64,000 nucleotides of DNA from Amphiscolops sp. MND2022 (lineage: Eukaryota), in contig OZ076409.1 of the NCBI GenBank assembly GCA_964187785.1, forward strand, positions 50,718,001 through 50,782,000, given 5' to 3'. The notes below the pieces were generated by a model, which saw nothing but the letters and a program-made list of their open reading frames with translations, made no database searches and was not told the origin of the DNA. Both the position numbers and the translations under genes were made by a program. Within the stretch, counting starts at the first letter, position 1. Each line of letters opens with the position of its first letter. Shown one piece after another: positions 52,285-64,000 of this stretch.

Positions 52285-53824
52285 CTCTATGAAATAACGT
52301 CTAATGAAAAAATTAAAAAGTTTGGACATAATCTTCCACTTTTGAAAAGGACGGACATAAAGACTAAAAGCCAAAAAAAAACAGGGTAATTTTAAGATGA
52401 GAACTTCATGTGTTTAATGTGCCGTTTCTCGAAATTATTGTCGCTTCTTTTAAAGCAAAATTCCAAATCCCTTGGAAAAAGATTAAAATTGTTCTAACTA
52501 AAGATGATACAGAATTATGATATAAAGATAATGTCTAACATCCAATAAGGGATTGTAGTCGATTAAACAATAATGTGTTTGAAACGCCTGTGACTCTTTT
52601 GAAACTGGAACTCAAAAACGGAATTGTTCAAAACTGCGTTGACGAAACACGTTCGTTTCAAAGATAACCAAATTCATTTCAATAGAAACAAAAATGCTGC
52701 TAAATTGAGAAAAATTTCAAGCGACTGTCTCAACTCACAATGTTCAAATATATTTCGTAAAAAAATGTATAAAAAATATCTATATATTTTTTTTCCAAAT
52801 ATAAATGGAGACTCTGCCCCGAAATTTCTTTGTTGAATTTTATGTTTTGATATGTGCTGATATAACCATGCGTGATTGTTCAAAATTATTAGTTGTAGCT
52901 TTGCCATAACTATGTGTATTAGATGTTCGAAAGATATTGTCCTTTGTTCAACCAGTCTTACATGTGAATATATTTTAAAACAACTCATGTTTTCGTCTGC
53001 AAGATCTTTTGAAGCCGATAGTGTATAGAACTGATGATACTACGTATCGACTAAAAAAACTATTGGACAAAAAATAACATTCAAAATTAGTTTTTTAATG
53101 ATAAATGTAAAGTCCACCTAGCAGAGTATCATAGAAGTGCTTAGGGTGCTTAAACAGGAGACCGTTGTCTTACTACAGCCCTGGAAATTAGTTCTTAATC
53201 CCGAAAGGGTCTACTAAAAGGGACTTTTTCAAACGTCAAAGGAGGCTCCTCGGTTAGAGCTCCGTGGCGACGTGCCGGCGCACTCAAAGTCCGGACACGT
53301 CCCGAAAGCCTGTAAAAACCTATCCTAAAGTTCATAACGTTCCTGCGACTCTACATACCTCCGAGGTCCGAAAACAGTGGTTTAGCTAAAGTACATTTTA
53401 ATTAGATAAATAACGTCTAAAATAACAAAAATAGGGGTCAAACATCACCAAATATCTGCAAAAACCTTAAATACGGTACAACAGACTGAGGAAACATCAG
53501 GCGTCAGTGTCAGCTTTGGCCTGCTAGGTGGCACATGCAAAATATGCAAACTTCTGAGTTTCTTCATCTCTTGGGCCATTCTCCGGGTTCCGCTGGTAGC
53601 TGAAGGCGTCTTACGAAGGAGATGGCACCACACGGCGATTTTGGGGATAATTCTATTGCAGGGTGGTTTCTCTCGGGCTGGGTGGGGGTGTCTTTTCTGC
53701 GTTTTTTCGCTTCTTCTACGGTTTCCGTACCTGCCGGGCCGGCCATCTTGAATGTGCTTATTTGATACCGCACATTTCGAATTTTTGACCGAAATTTTGT
53801 TACATCGACTGCCTGACGTTACAA

Positions 53825-54520
53825 AAAGAAAACATGCCGGGAACGGCATAAGTCGGTGCCCCGCCTAAGGCTCAAACATAGCGAAAGGACTTCAAAGTGT
53901 CAAAAATTCTTTTCTGCAGTACCCGAAAAACCCAAAGAGGGACCGAACTGGTACACTGGGGCCCGACCCCTCGGAATTTTTAACATCTATTCTGTTGCAA
54001 AATATCATAAAAATTGAAAGGGTACCCTCTGGAGAAATTTTTGAAAAAAGTCACACTAGGCTGAAAAAAAATTGAAAGACCCTTAGTCTCGCCCTTTAGT
54101 CTAATTTTGAAAGACCCTTTAGTCTAATTTTGTATGTTACGTTGAAAAAGAACAACTATTATAGTTCAGTTCTCTTGGCCAAATGGTACAATTTAGCCCC
54201 TGAAAATGTTGTAGAGCTTGTAGAACTATGTTGGTCAATTCGTGTGGATGGAAAACAAGCCGGGATCGGCATAAGTAGGCGCCATATCTAAGGCTCAAAA
54301 ATAGCAAAAGACCGTCAAAGTGTCAAGTATTTTTTTGCAGAACGAAAGTTGGGCCGAATTGGGCCGGCGCGCTAAAAGGGGGGACCCTTTCGGATTTTTT
54401 AACATCCATTGTTGTCAAAAACAAAAAATTGAAGGGGGACCCTTTGGGTAAAAAATGAAGCGCCGACTAAAAAGATTCACCATTATTGTCCCGTTTCACT
54501 TCATGAAGTGCCGACTAAAA
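53825..54520 (-). mobile_element. Two nested or fused HINE-like copies
   Basis: 3' hairpin ends at ~53831 and ~54253; 5' ends gcgccgactaaaa at ~54472 and gtgccgactaaaa at ~54520. Confidence 0.65.
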
Positions 54521-55240
54521 GTCTTGATCAGTAATAATTTCTTACTGACAAAGCCCTAAACAATGAAGCGAAGCGAAGTAGTGCCACGAGCAATTACCAG
54601 TGGATCTGGAGATGCGCTATTTTGTAATACAATAAATTCACTCTCTGCTTTCACAACAATTTCAGGTCTTTGAAAGTACTTTCAGAGTTAGTTTAATCAA
54701 ATGGCCTCAGTTGTTATTTCTGTTTAGGACATTTTCCCAACTTTGGGAGTGCAGTGGCATCACCAATAATTCTGTTTTTAAAGAAAAACCCAGAGAGAGA
54801 GAGAGAGAGCTTCTTCTGGAAGGTCAGAAGAAACGTGTCCTTATCATTACCAGGAGCCTGCGAAACCAGATGTTTTCCCCTGAACAAAATATTACTCAAG
54901 AGTTCTCTTCACCATACGGTGGGCTGGAACCTTTTGAAGTTTGCAGTTCTTGAGTGGTGCAAATACGTATCGCGATGCTAATTAGGGTTAACAACCATGC
55001 CATAAGGGCTTTACGTGACCGTGGTGAGAGAAAAAGACCAGGCGAAAAGCCACTATAAAATTTTTTCTTGAAGCACTGACTAAATACTGTACAAACATTC
55101 CATAAAAGTTGTCAGAAAAGTGATAACTTGACTTTTTGCTTTTTCTCAGTCTGCTTGGGACTTTTTTGCATTTAAAAACAAAACGTTCAAATAACTCAAC
55201 AAACGCAAATGTTACCATCCTGCATTTATGGTAGTTGACA

Positions 55241-56215
55241 CATTACGACGCCAAACAGGGAAGTTTTGACTGCAACAGATCTGTTGCAGTGTGGTGTCGA
55301 TTCTTCACTTCGATTACAATACATGGGTTTTCAAGAAATGAGGAAAGTGGAGTGGAACACTTTCCTGGATTCGTGCACTAATACCGTGTGTAACCTGCGA
55401 AGAATCGCCGAAACAAAATTTTCACTGTTTTCCTGAATTCTTGAAATTTTGTGGATTCTTCATTTTAGCAATTATTAGCAATCATTAGTTTGCGGTGATT
55501 CTTCACTAATTAGGTCCACTAAAACTTTTGTGGATTCTTGAAAAGTTGTGGATTCTTCAGTTTGGCAATTATTGCAATTATTATTTCGCGAGGATTCTTC
55601 ACTAAATAGGTATTAAAATTTTGTGGATTCTTCGCTTCGTGTGAATTTGCACTTCTAAATTTTGTGGAATCTTCGTTTCTAATAAATTCATCATTATATC
55701 AATAGAAGAGTTTGAGCCTCAACTTTAGTTCTGGAAAAAATATTTTTCGGCGGAAAGAAAGTTCAAAATCTCTCCCGTTTAAATATAAATTTCTCAGATG
55801 ACAAGAAGTTAAATTTGTTGGGGGATGTTTTTCAAATTAGATTTTAATTCTTAAATTACTTTCCGGGATGAACCGGAGAAAGTTCTGAACATTTTTGCTT
55901 TTTTAAAAATACATTTCTCATATGAAGTGTAATGAAACAGTTTATTTTGGAACGACTCCAGGAGCGCTCAAATAAAATATATCCCCTCAAACACTTCTTA
56001 TCACGTGTAAGGAGAAGTTAATTTTAGAACGACTCCAGGAGCATTCAAATTTCATTTTTGCACCACTAATATTATTGTCTGAATTCTTCCGTCCAACTGG
56101 CGGCACTTTGAAGTTCACTTTTTCCTCATTTCTAGAAAACACATTTTGGTAGTCGCAAAAGCCAATTTTCCTGAATTCTTGAAAAACACAAAGTTCCCTG
56201 TTTGGCGTCGTAATG
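55241..56215. mobile_element. Non-autonomous DNA transposon, CMC/CACTA-like
   Basis: Perfect 22-bp TIR CATTACGACGCCAAACAGGGAA, 2-bp TSD CA on both sides, and repeated internal TGTGGATTCTT motifs. Confidence 0.75.
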
Positions 56216-56720
56216 CATCCGTGGGGAAAACCTTTTCTTTTTGCGGTGGTAAAATTGACTAAAACACATCAATGAAAGCAGCTGAGATAATGTTTCTTTT
56301 GCCATATGGGATATCGACCGAAAATATGAAATAGAAGGTTAAAAAGACGGGAAAAGCCCAAGTTGGGACACGCTCAAGGTTCAAACATAGTAAAAGTTTT
56401 TAATTACGCAGGGGGACGTTATTGTGAAAAAGTATATCAAATTTGTAGAGTCAAAACTACCGGAAGAGATACCCATAAAAATTGAACACCGCTTGTCCAC
56501 TGAGAAAAACTCTCAGTGCCAAAAAACTCGAAGACACCCTTTAGGGTTATTTTCTGTCTCACCACCGCCAAAGTTTTTCTGAAAAAATAGTGGAAATATT
56601 AGAAGAACTAAAAAAACTTGAAATTTTAATTTATTCTCAGGGTAACAGTTTAAGATGGAAATACAAACGCTGTTAACCATATGAAGTCACGCAACTGTGA
56701 TTATTAAATCAACCGCTTCG

Positions 56721-57337
56721 TTTTTAGTCGGCCCTTCATGAAGTGAAACGCGACTATTATAGTGACTCTTTTTTCAATCCACACGAACTGACCAAAATAG
56801 TTCTAAAAAGTTTTACGAAATTTTATGGTGTCAAATCGAATCATTTGGCCTAAGGAACTGAACTAAAAACGTTTTTCCATTTTTCAGCGTAACATACAAT
56901 ACCGGGCAAGACTAAAGGGTCTCTTTTTTCAGTTTCTTTCGGCATTCTGAGACTTTTTTCGAAAAAAAATTTCCTCAAAAGAATTGTCCCCCTTCAATTT
57001 GTTTTGATGTTTTGCGACAGAAGGGATATTGAAAAATTCCCAAAGCGTCCCCCTTTCGGTTTTGTTGGCATTGTGAGACTTTTTTCGAAACGATTTTTCC
57101 ACAAAAGGGTCCCCCTTCAATGTTTTGATGTTTTGCAACAATGGATCTTGAAAAATACGAAAGGGTCCCCTTTTAGCGCGTCAGGGGCCCGAGCTAGCGG
57201 TCGGTCGTTTTGGTTTTTCTGAAGTGCTTCGAAACTTTTTTTGTGATTTTGATACTTTGAGTTTTTTGACACTTTGATGTCCTTTTGCTTTTTTTGAGCT
57301 ATAGATATGGCGCCGACTTATGCCGTTCCCGGCTTGC
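56721..57337 (+). mobile_element. HINE-like element, full length
   Basis: tttttagtcggccc ... ggcgccgacttat-gccgttcccggc-ttg. Confidence 0.75.
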
Positions 57338-57784
57338 TTAAGTTACATTTACAAAAAACAGTTACTTTGTACTTAATCATAGTCGGATTGTAAAAATATT
57401 TCATCCAAACGAGAATTTAGAAAAGTACACAAACCAACAACTGCGAAAAACTACTTCCCATTTTCTTTTACTTATTTTGGTTAATAATGTAAAGTCGAAA
57501 ACCCAAGGAACCTTCTTTTCTCTCAAATGCTTTTTTGCTGCTAAAAATCAGAGGGGCGACACTTCCATTGGGTTGAAAAAAACTAGGAGAAGAGTCACAT
57601 TGTGCCAAAAAAAACAAACGAGGCAGAAACTGGAGCGAGAACAGATTTTCTAAACATTCCCCGTCTAACAGGCTGGAAGAAAAGGCATATGTCGGTTTCC
57701 TGCTTAAATCTCAGAAAGCACAAAACACAGCAAATCATTCAACAACTGATTTGAAAACAAATTCTAAAATCACACATAGGAAGC

Positions 57785-58911
57785 TGTCGCAAGCATCACG
57801 ATCATCGTAGTGGTCAATAAAATGACGACCATGTGCCTGTTCATTTCTCACATCATTCCTAGTCTTCCCATTTCGCAGACCTTCGGAATTAACTTCCGGT
57901 CTCTTTGGACGGAACGTCCCACACATTTTTGGTCACTTGTCCTGAACCGGCCTTGATATCATTTTGAATCTGTGGTAAGACCTGATTGCTTATAGCATCA
58001 TTAATGGCCCTCTGAATCTGGACACTGACCGAATTCATCATCTCATCCATCTCTCGTGATATTCGAGATTTTAGCTCACTCGACAGTCTGTTAACCTCAG
58101 CACTAGAGTCAGCGGTGGCTGAATTACGGTCAAACTCGGTGCTATTACCAGAGTTAATAACTCTTTAGTTTACATGTGTATTTTCTTGATCGTTTTCGAG
58201 ATCATTTCTAATGGCACTTTCTGGCCTTCTAGCTAGAATGCTGTTTAAGCTCTCGTCTCTTTCTCTTGTATCAAAGTGATCTCCTCCTAACATGATATCT
58301 AGATTTTCAATATCCGAGAACATTTCAAGTCCCCTTGACTTTCTAGCTTTCTTTTGCTTTCTAGTAGTAGGCTTTGAAGAAAATCAAAGCAAAATAATAG
58401 ATTGTCTTGATTGGAAAACGTAATTAATACGATGTACTTCTATTGAATATTATAACAAACTGAAATATAGAGAGCAAACTCAAAATCATCCCCCTCTCAG
58501 GAAAACACTGGTATATATACTCCTGGGAGGGTGACAATTACATTTTTTACATCTTACGCGTGTAAAACAACATACCTAAAAGCATAAAATTGCATATTCC
58601 CCTTAAGTCCCACATTCCTCGGAAACCACAACAACAACATTTCACTGAATATCAGAATATTAGCCGCAACTTCAAACAAATTAAACTACATCAACAAACC
58701 TATTCATTTCAAGAATGTAAACAAATATTTGATGCTACGAAAGGAATGCAACATTTTGTACAACTGAGCCTGAATACCTCAATTACCCCCCCCCCCCCCC
58801 CAATTACTTCAATATCAAAAAACATCGTCAAAGATAGGTCAAACGTCCTTAACCGTCTCAATGTATCAAATTCAAGGCAATGAAAGTTAACCTTTCATTG
58901 GAGTGGTTACA
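57785..58911 (-). mobile_element. LTR-like unit, family A, with nearly intact ORF (58374-57785)
   Basis: - strand KPTTRKQKKARKSRGLEMFSDIENLDIMLGG...EVNRLSSELKSRISREMDEMMNSVSVQIQRAINDAISNQVLPQIQN...W...RPEVNSE...DACD, with one stop and one frameshift. Termini TGTAAC...CGACA. TATA-like box at ~58512. Confidence 0.55.
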
Positions 58912-59498
58912 TAGTATTACTAAACTTCAACAATTTGATTTGGATAATCGAACTGTACTTTTAACAGTCTAATAATAACTGTATATAAAACAAAAACACT
59001 GTAATATGTATAGTAAGAGTTTATCCATCCTGTTAGTTTTAAAATATTGGTAAAGTGCCGTGTACGGCTTCTTGCCCGGACGTCGTAGTCGTAATCCTGG
59101 TGCCATCACAGGCGGCAGCCTGCGACAGAAGCACATAAGTCCCAGAAAAACTTGAAGCAGATTTTTTAGGTTCGAAACAATTTTTCCATTCTGCAAACAT
59201 TTTCGAAAACAAAATGCCGCGTCGAATTAGTGGAGCATTCAAAACAAAACTGGATTCCATCACTAACAATCTACTGGACAACGGGTTCTTACTGTTTTCG
59301 AACTGTATCTTTGTCAACGACCACAATTTTGTCGAACATTAACCTAGAAAAAAATCCGTTGAATATTCCTTTTGAGAAGCCTATAATTGGATGAATGAGC
59401 TGAATTTTATACCATTAGACCTACAAAACAGGACTCCGGGGCAACTATAGCAATAACACCAGAAACTTATTGACAATAACAATAGACATAGTAAAATG

Positions 59499-60022
59499 TT
59501 TTTAGTCGGCTCTTTTGAAGCGCTTTATTGTTCATTTGTTCAACAACTTGAACTACGGAGATTCAAAACACTCGAACCTCAGATGCTCGTCCAAAACGCA
59601 AAAAAAAACTGACGTCCAGAACCTCGAAAACATACTAAGGATCCCCCCTTTGGCTATCTTGGTGTTTTTCACTGAGATTTTTTTCGGTACTAAAAGACAT
59701 TTTTTTAAAATTTTTGGATTGCACCAAAGGGTTCCCCCTTCATTTGTTCCGATATTTTGCAACAGAATGGATGCTAAACAATCTCAAAGGGTCCCCTTTT
59801 ACTTTTTTCGTCACTGTGACACTGTTCAAAAATCTCATTTTTTGATAGTTTTTCGAAATTTTTTTGATGTCTCCAAATGGTCCCCCTTCAATTTTTCTCT
59901 TATATTCCAACAAACTGGAGTCTCAAAAAGCCCAAAGAGTCCACCTTTCTACAACCTTAAAAACTTCGCGCTTGCTTTTTGAGCCTTGTTATAGCGCCGA
60001 CTTTGGCCGTTTCCGGCTTGTT
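59499..60022 (+). mobile_element. HINE-like element
   Basis: tttttagtcggctc ... gcgccgactttg-gccgtttccggc-ttgtt. Confidence 0.7.
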
Positions 60023-60027
60023 TGCAT

Positions 60028-61016
60028 TGTGACAAGTACTATTGAAGTCACAGAAAAAATAAACTCCAAGGCAAAAAAAATTGATTGTATAAATGTGCCG
60101 AAGTTGATATTCTAGCGCGAGAACTAGAAAAGCAATAATGCTCTTTTTCTCGCCCTAAATGGGTAAAATTTGTAACTGTAATTATCGAGGATTCTATTAC
60201 GATTACCTTGTTAAGTTAACTACTCTTCTATTCTTCTAATCCAGTGGCTTTGGATAATATTCTTAGTGTTATTTTTAGATCAAATTACAAGTGTATTTAA
60301 CTGTTATTCTAGTGATTTTAGTTCATTTCCGCAGCGATTTTATATCTTATTCAAGTTATTTTAGATCATAATTCAGTGCTTTTCGTTTTCATTCCTAGTG
60401 CTTTTAAATGAGGGAGTCTTATTTGTCCGAAGTATCTTTGGTCCAAAAATATTCAGTGTAATTTGTTCGAAACTTCGAATGATTAATACCACAAATTTAG
60501 AAATGTGAAGCATGAAGTTAACATAATCGTGAATGGACGTCCTTCTTGTCCACGTTGCTCAAATTAACATCTAAAACCACTTGATAAAAGCGAGCAAACA
60601 GAAAAAAACATCAAGTATCATGATGTTCTTCAATCGTAACCAGTTTTTTCACATTCTTGACTTTCGAAACTGTAACAAATGTTGAATTCGGAACTTCAGT
60701 TGAACGCCCTTTGAACTCTTCAATTAGTTATTATTTATTTGACTAACTGAAAAAACTTAATGTTCTATTCTAACAAACTTGGGTTTAAGAAAAGAAAGGT
60801 TTCTAAAAGTAATCTCTTTTGTATGGTCTAGAATGTAGATATCCAAATTGTATAAATGAAATATCTAATTTAGTTTTGTTGTAACTTTTATTTGTCAACA
60901 CTGGTTGGTACTCTAGACATATAAACTAAAGTTCTTCAAATCAAAACTCGGCAAAGTCATGAACCGGAATGAACCCACTTGTGACATTTCCCCCTCTTTT
61001 TTCTTCTCTTTTTCAA
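60028..61016 (-). mobile_element. 3' LTR (60028-60986) preceded by a polypurine tract
   Basis: - strand GAAAAAGAGAAGAAAAAAGAGGGGGAAA is followed immediately by TGTCACA... and the unit ends ...TGTCACA. Confidence 0.6.
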
Positions 61017-61041
61017 TTCAGGTTTGAGGGTCCTGGGGGTG

Positions 61042-62070
61042 TGTTACGACTATTGTTCGGTGTTGTTTTAGAACTAGTCGCAGTTTGTGTCTTGACTGGG
61101 GTGGACGTTCTCGTTACGGAGATGTTTTCTTGGTCAGAATCAGAATCTTGTATGTTCGAACTAACTGAGCGTTTCTTGCTCGTAGGTGCTATTAATTTGA
61201 GCATTTCCTTTTGATTTTCGGCTAATATCTTTGTTAGATCAGTCATTATCTCTTTCCTCAGAGTTGTTTTCATTTTCTCCAGGTTTTCAAGCTCAAGTCT
61301 AGGATTTTTACTAGAACTAGGTATCAGGTTTTCAGTAGAGTTATTTTCAGTTAAAGAAGCTTCGAAATCTCCTGACACTAATTCAGCTACAGCTTTCCTC
61401 TTCTGGCTTCTGGTAGTCATTTTTTAATGTTAGAAAACGATTCTTCGGCAATAGGTGAATTCTTCGAAGATGATTTTGTTCAACGTTGAAACAACGAAAC
61501 AGTTTAAGTTTATTACAACTTGCAAACACAACTAACTAACTTTACATGCCTCGTCTAACTATATATACCTTCTTAGCGTCATTTGTTCCTCATCTAAAAA
61601 TTCCTAGGAATCGCAAAAATCGGGTTTGTTCATAAAAAACCTCTAATGATTCAGATTATTTCAACTCGGCGTCATAAATTCAGGTATTGAGATTCCTTGT
61701 TGCGTCACTATTCCGTAAAACCTTGTTGAAATCATTTTTGTTCAGGTAACCCATTTCCTGTTTGAACTTCAAAATTGCGGCAAAATAGAAGTCTAGCTTA
61801 CATTTTCATCAGCGTAGGCACGCCGGCGTGATCAATTAGTCAGCGTTCAAGTTGGGAAATTGAGATTCGAAGCAAAAGAATGACTCGCAAAAATTGTAGC
61901 GAAATTGAAACGAGGTAAAAGGAATTTTGGACTAAGGATATTTGAATATTATTGAGGAACAAGCAACGCTAAGAAAAAACATAATGATGATTAATCGGTT
62001 AATTTTGTAAACTGAACAACTGCACCAACAGTGAACTCAACTTTGACCTATACGTGGCCACAACGTAACA
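61042..62070 (-). mobile_element. LTR-like unit, family B, with intact ORF starting at 61420
   Basis: Inverted termini TGTTACG...CGTAACA. The ORF MTTRSQKRKAVAELVSG...LRKEIMTDLTKILAENQKEMLKLIAP...TSTPVK...NSRN is open to the element end. TATA at ~61560. Confidence 0.6.
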
Positions 62071-63204
62071 AGTACAAATTGCAAAGTACAAATAGATAGG
62101 AAAAATACATTTGCAGGCAATAATTATTCTGCACTCGATTGAACTTCGTATATGAATAAATAGAGCAGGCATCCCGCAACAATAGCACTTGGTTTGGGTT
62201 TCGACGTTGACCTTACGTTACGTTCTGTGAAACATTTTAATGATAAACAACTAATCACTGAATACATAAAGCTCTTAATGTAACGTAAGGTATACGTGAT
62301 TCGAGAAACTGTTGTAATAGCATCGTTACTCTTCGATCATAGTTTTAGCTCCTTTTTACAGTACAACCTTTTACATGTGGACTTGTTTCCAGAACCCTTT
62401 AAGTGCGTCGATTCAGAAAAATCCTTATTTGATTTCGGTTTAAACTAATGCTTCATTGCTATTATTTTACGAATTGTTCCGTACGTATTAAGATTGGTTA
62501 TAGCTGAGCGGCGGAATACAATTTTACAATCCGCTCCGTAGCTGCCCCGTACGTATTAAGATTGCTCATAGCTTAGCTGTCGGACCAAGCGGAGAGAAAG
62601 CGGAGTGCGTAGGTGAATCCATTCTCTTTCTCTTATTCCAATTGGTGTTGCTAGGGGCAACCGAAATTAATTCTATTCGACTTAGCTAAGAATAGTTCTA
62701 TCAATAGAGTGACGTTATTGGTCCGTAGAAGCAAAATTCCTAATATTAGCTCAGTAGATTGACGTTGCCATAGCGTTGTAAATATTTGCCTAAATCACTT
62801 GGCTGTGCTTTAAGTGAATATTGACAACCACTTCATCTCTGGAAAACAATTCCGCTCTATTATTTGCCTGTTCTTTTTCATTTTAGATTGTATGAATTCC
62901 GTTGGGATCTCGGAATTGAATTTTATTTTAATGTTTTCATTTTAGTGTGGACCAGTGGAAAGAATGATCCCAATTATAAATGTTCATTTTAGTGTTTAGA
63001 TTAGTATGGCAGAATTCAGAAAATCATACCGGAAATGAAAAATCTTATCACGCGCGGAGAATATTTAACCGGAAGTTTTAGCTAAAAATCATTTCTGAAA
63101 ACCGTTCCGTAACGTTTACGTTAGGTTTTGTATTCGGAAAATTATCTGCAATCGATTTAGCTGTACTGTAAGTAGAATTTAGATTAGTTTAAAATTAGAT
63201 TAGG

Positions 63205-64000
63205 TTAATAGAGTTTACCTCGGCCTTGTCCTCGGTTAATTTCGAAACCAGGTATCCCACTGCAGCAGCTATAATCCCGACCGGGAGCGGATCGTGACAG
63301 GGCCCCTCTTGAAGCAAGAGACAAGGGTATAGCTCGGCAATGGGGAATTTCTTTCCTGATGATGACAGGGGGACGGCCGTTGAAAATCCGCGTGCCGCGA
63401 CTACGTCCTCTTCCCGAAGTCATTTTGGTTATGAGTCTCTCTTCTTCTTCCATTTCTCGAAGCTCCTGTTCTCTTCGCGTCGACTCAATAGGGCATATTT
63501 CTGGCGGCTTAGTAGGGTCGCTTAACGCACATCTGCATTGCTCTCTTTTGGTCGGAGGGGGGGGGGGGCATTCTCTTTTGCTCCGTAGTGAGTGCGTCCA
63601 CGACCAACTGTTGCGAAGAACTGCCGGTCTTCTATGTCTAAACCATGTAGCGCGTCCAATTCTGCCAGCGAAGGCTCATTCAAGTCATTCAGCTTGACTG
63701 TATTTGGAGCTCTTTCATTTCCCAACTGGGGAATGTTTGCCTTTTCTTTTAGAACTGGTGTTGGTTTTATTTAGGGCTGGCTCGGCGGCGTGTCCGGTTC
63801 TTCGTAGAAGTCGGTATCTGAGTTAGGGTTTACTGCTGGCGGTAGATTAAAGCTTACTCTCCCTAGCTTTTTCTTTTTGCTGGGGATAGGGCCGCGCCTT
63901 TTCGGAGAACAGTCAGACTCGGACGTTGAATCTGTTTCAGCTTCACTCCCACGGAATGCTTCCGTGGACGAGTCACTAAGAGTGTGATCGTATTGAGGGG
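63205..64000 (-). mobile_element. Decayed GC-richer, low-complexity coding tail, probably the 3' internal region of an LTR retrotransposon
   Basis: Broken Ser/Glu/Lys/Arg-rich frames (DSTSESDCSPKRRGPIPSKKKK...GRGRSRG...RGQGRGKLY*) followed by an AT-rich LTR-like block. No diagnostic domain is visible. Confidence 0.3.

Overview
AT-rich, repeat-dense eukaryotic DNA, most likely from an invertebrate animal; the taxon cannot be fixed from the sequence alone. The only host gene I can support is the 3' part of a + strand class A (rhodopsin-type) peptide GPCR resembling the TRH/GHS/NMU/ETH receptors. It has five exons covering TM3 to the stop codon: 12387-12581, 19182-~19389, ~22193-22460, 43677-43879 and 51969-52143. 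One junction probably uses a GC-AG intron and another may use a non-canonical GG donor. The TM1-TM2 exons were not found and probably lie upstream of the window. The rest is intronic or intergenic and full of mobile DNA: (1) about 20 copies of a 0.4-0.65 kb non-autonomous element with Helentron/Helitron2 (HINE-like) terminal structure; (2) five LTR-like units, each carrying a basic-start ORF that runs to the element end; (3) decayed CR1/L2-like LINEs; (4) Gypsy-like gag, LTR and PPT remnants; (5) a CMC/CACTA-like MITE, a hAT remnant and several foldbacks; (6) a nested 2.66 kb plus 4.6 kb tandem duplication with Helentron 5' ends exactly at the junction. Most ORFs in the supplied track are spurious translations of these repeats. 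All calls come from reading the sequence by eye; no searches were run.
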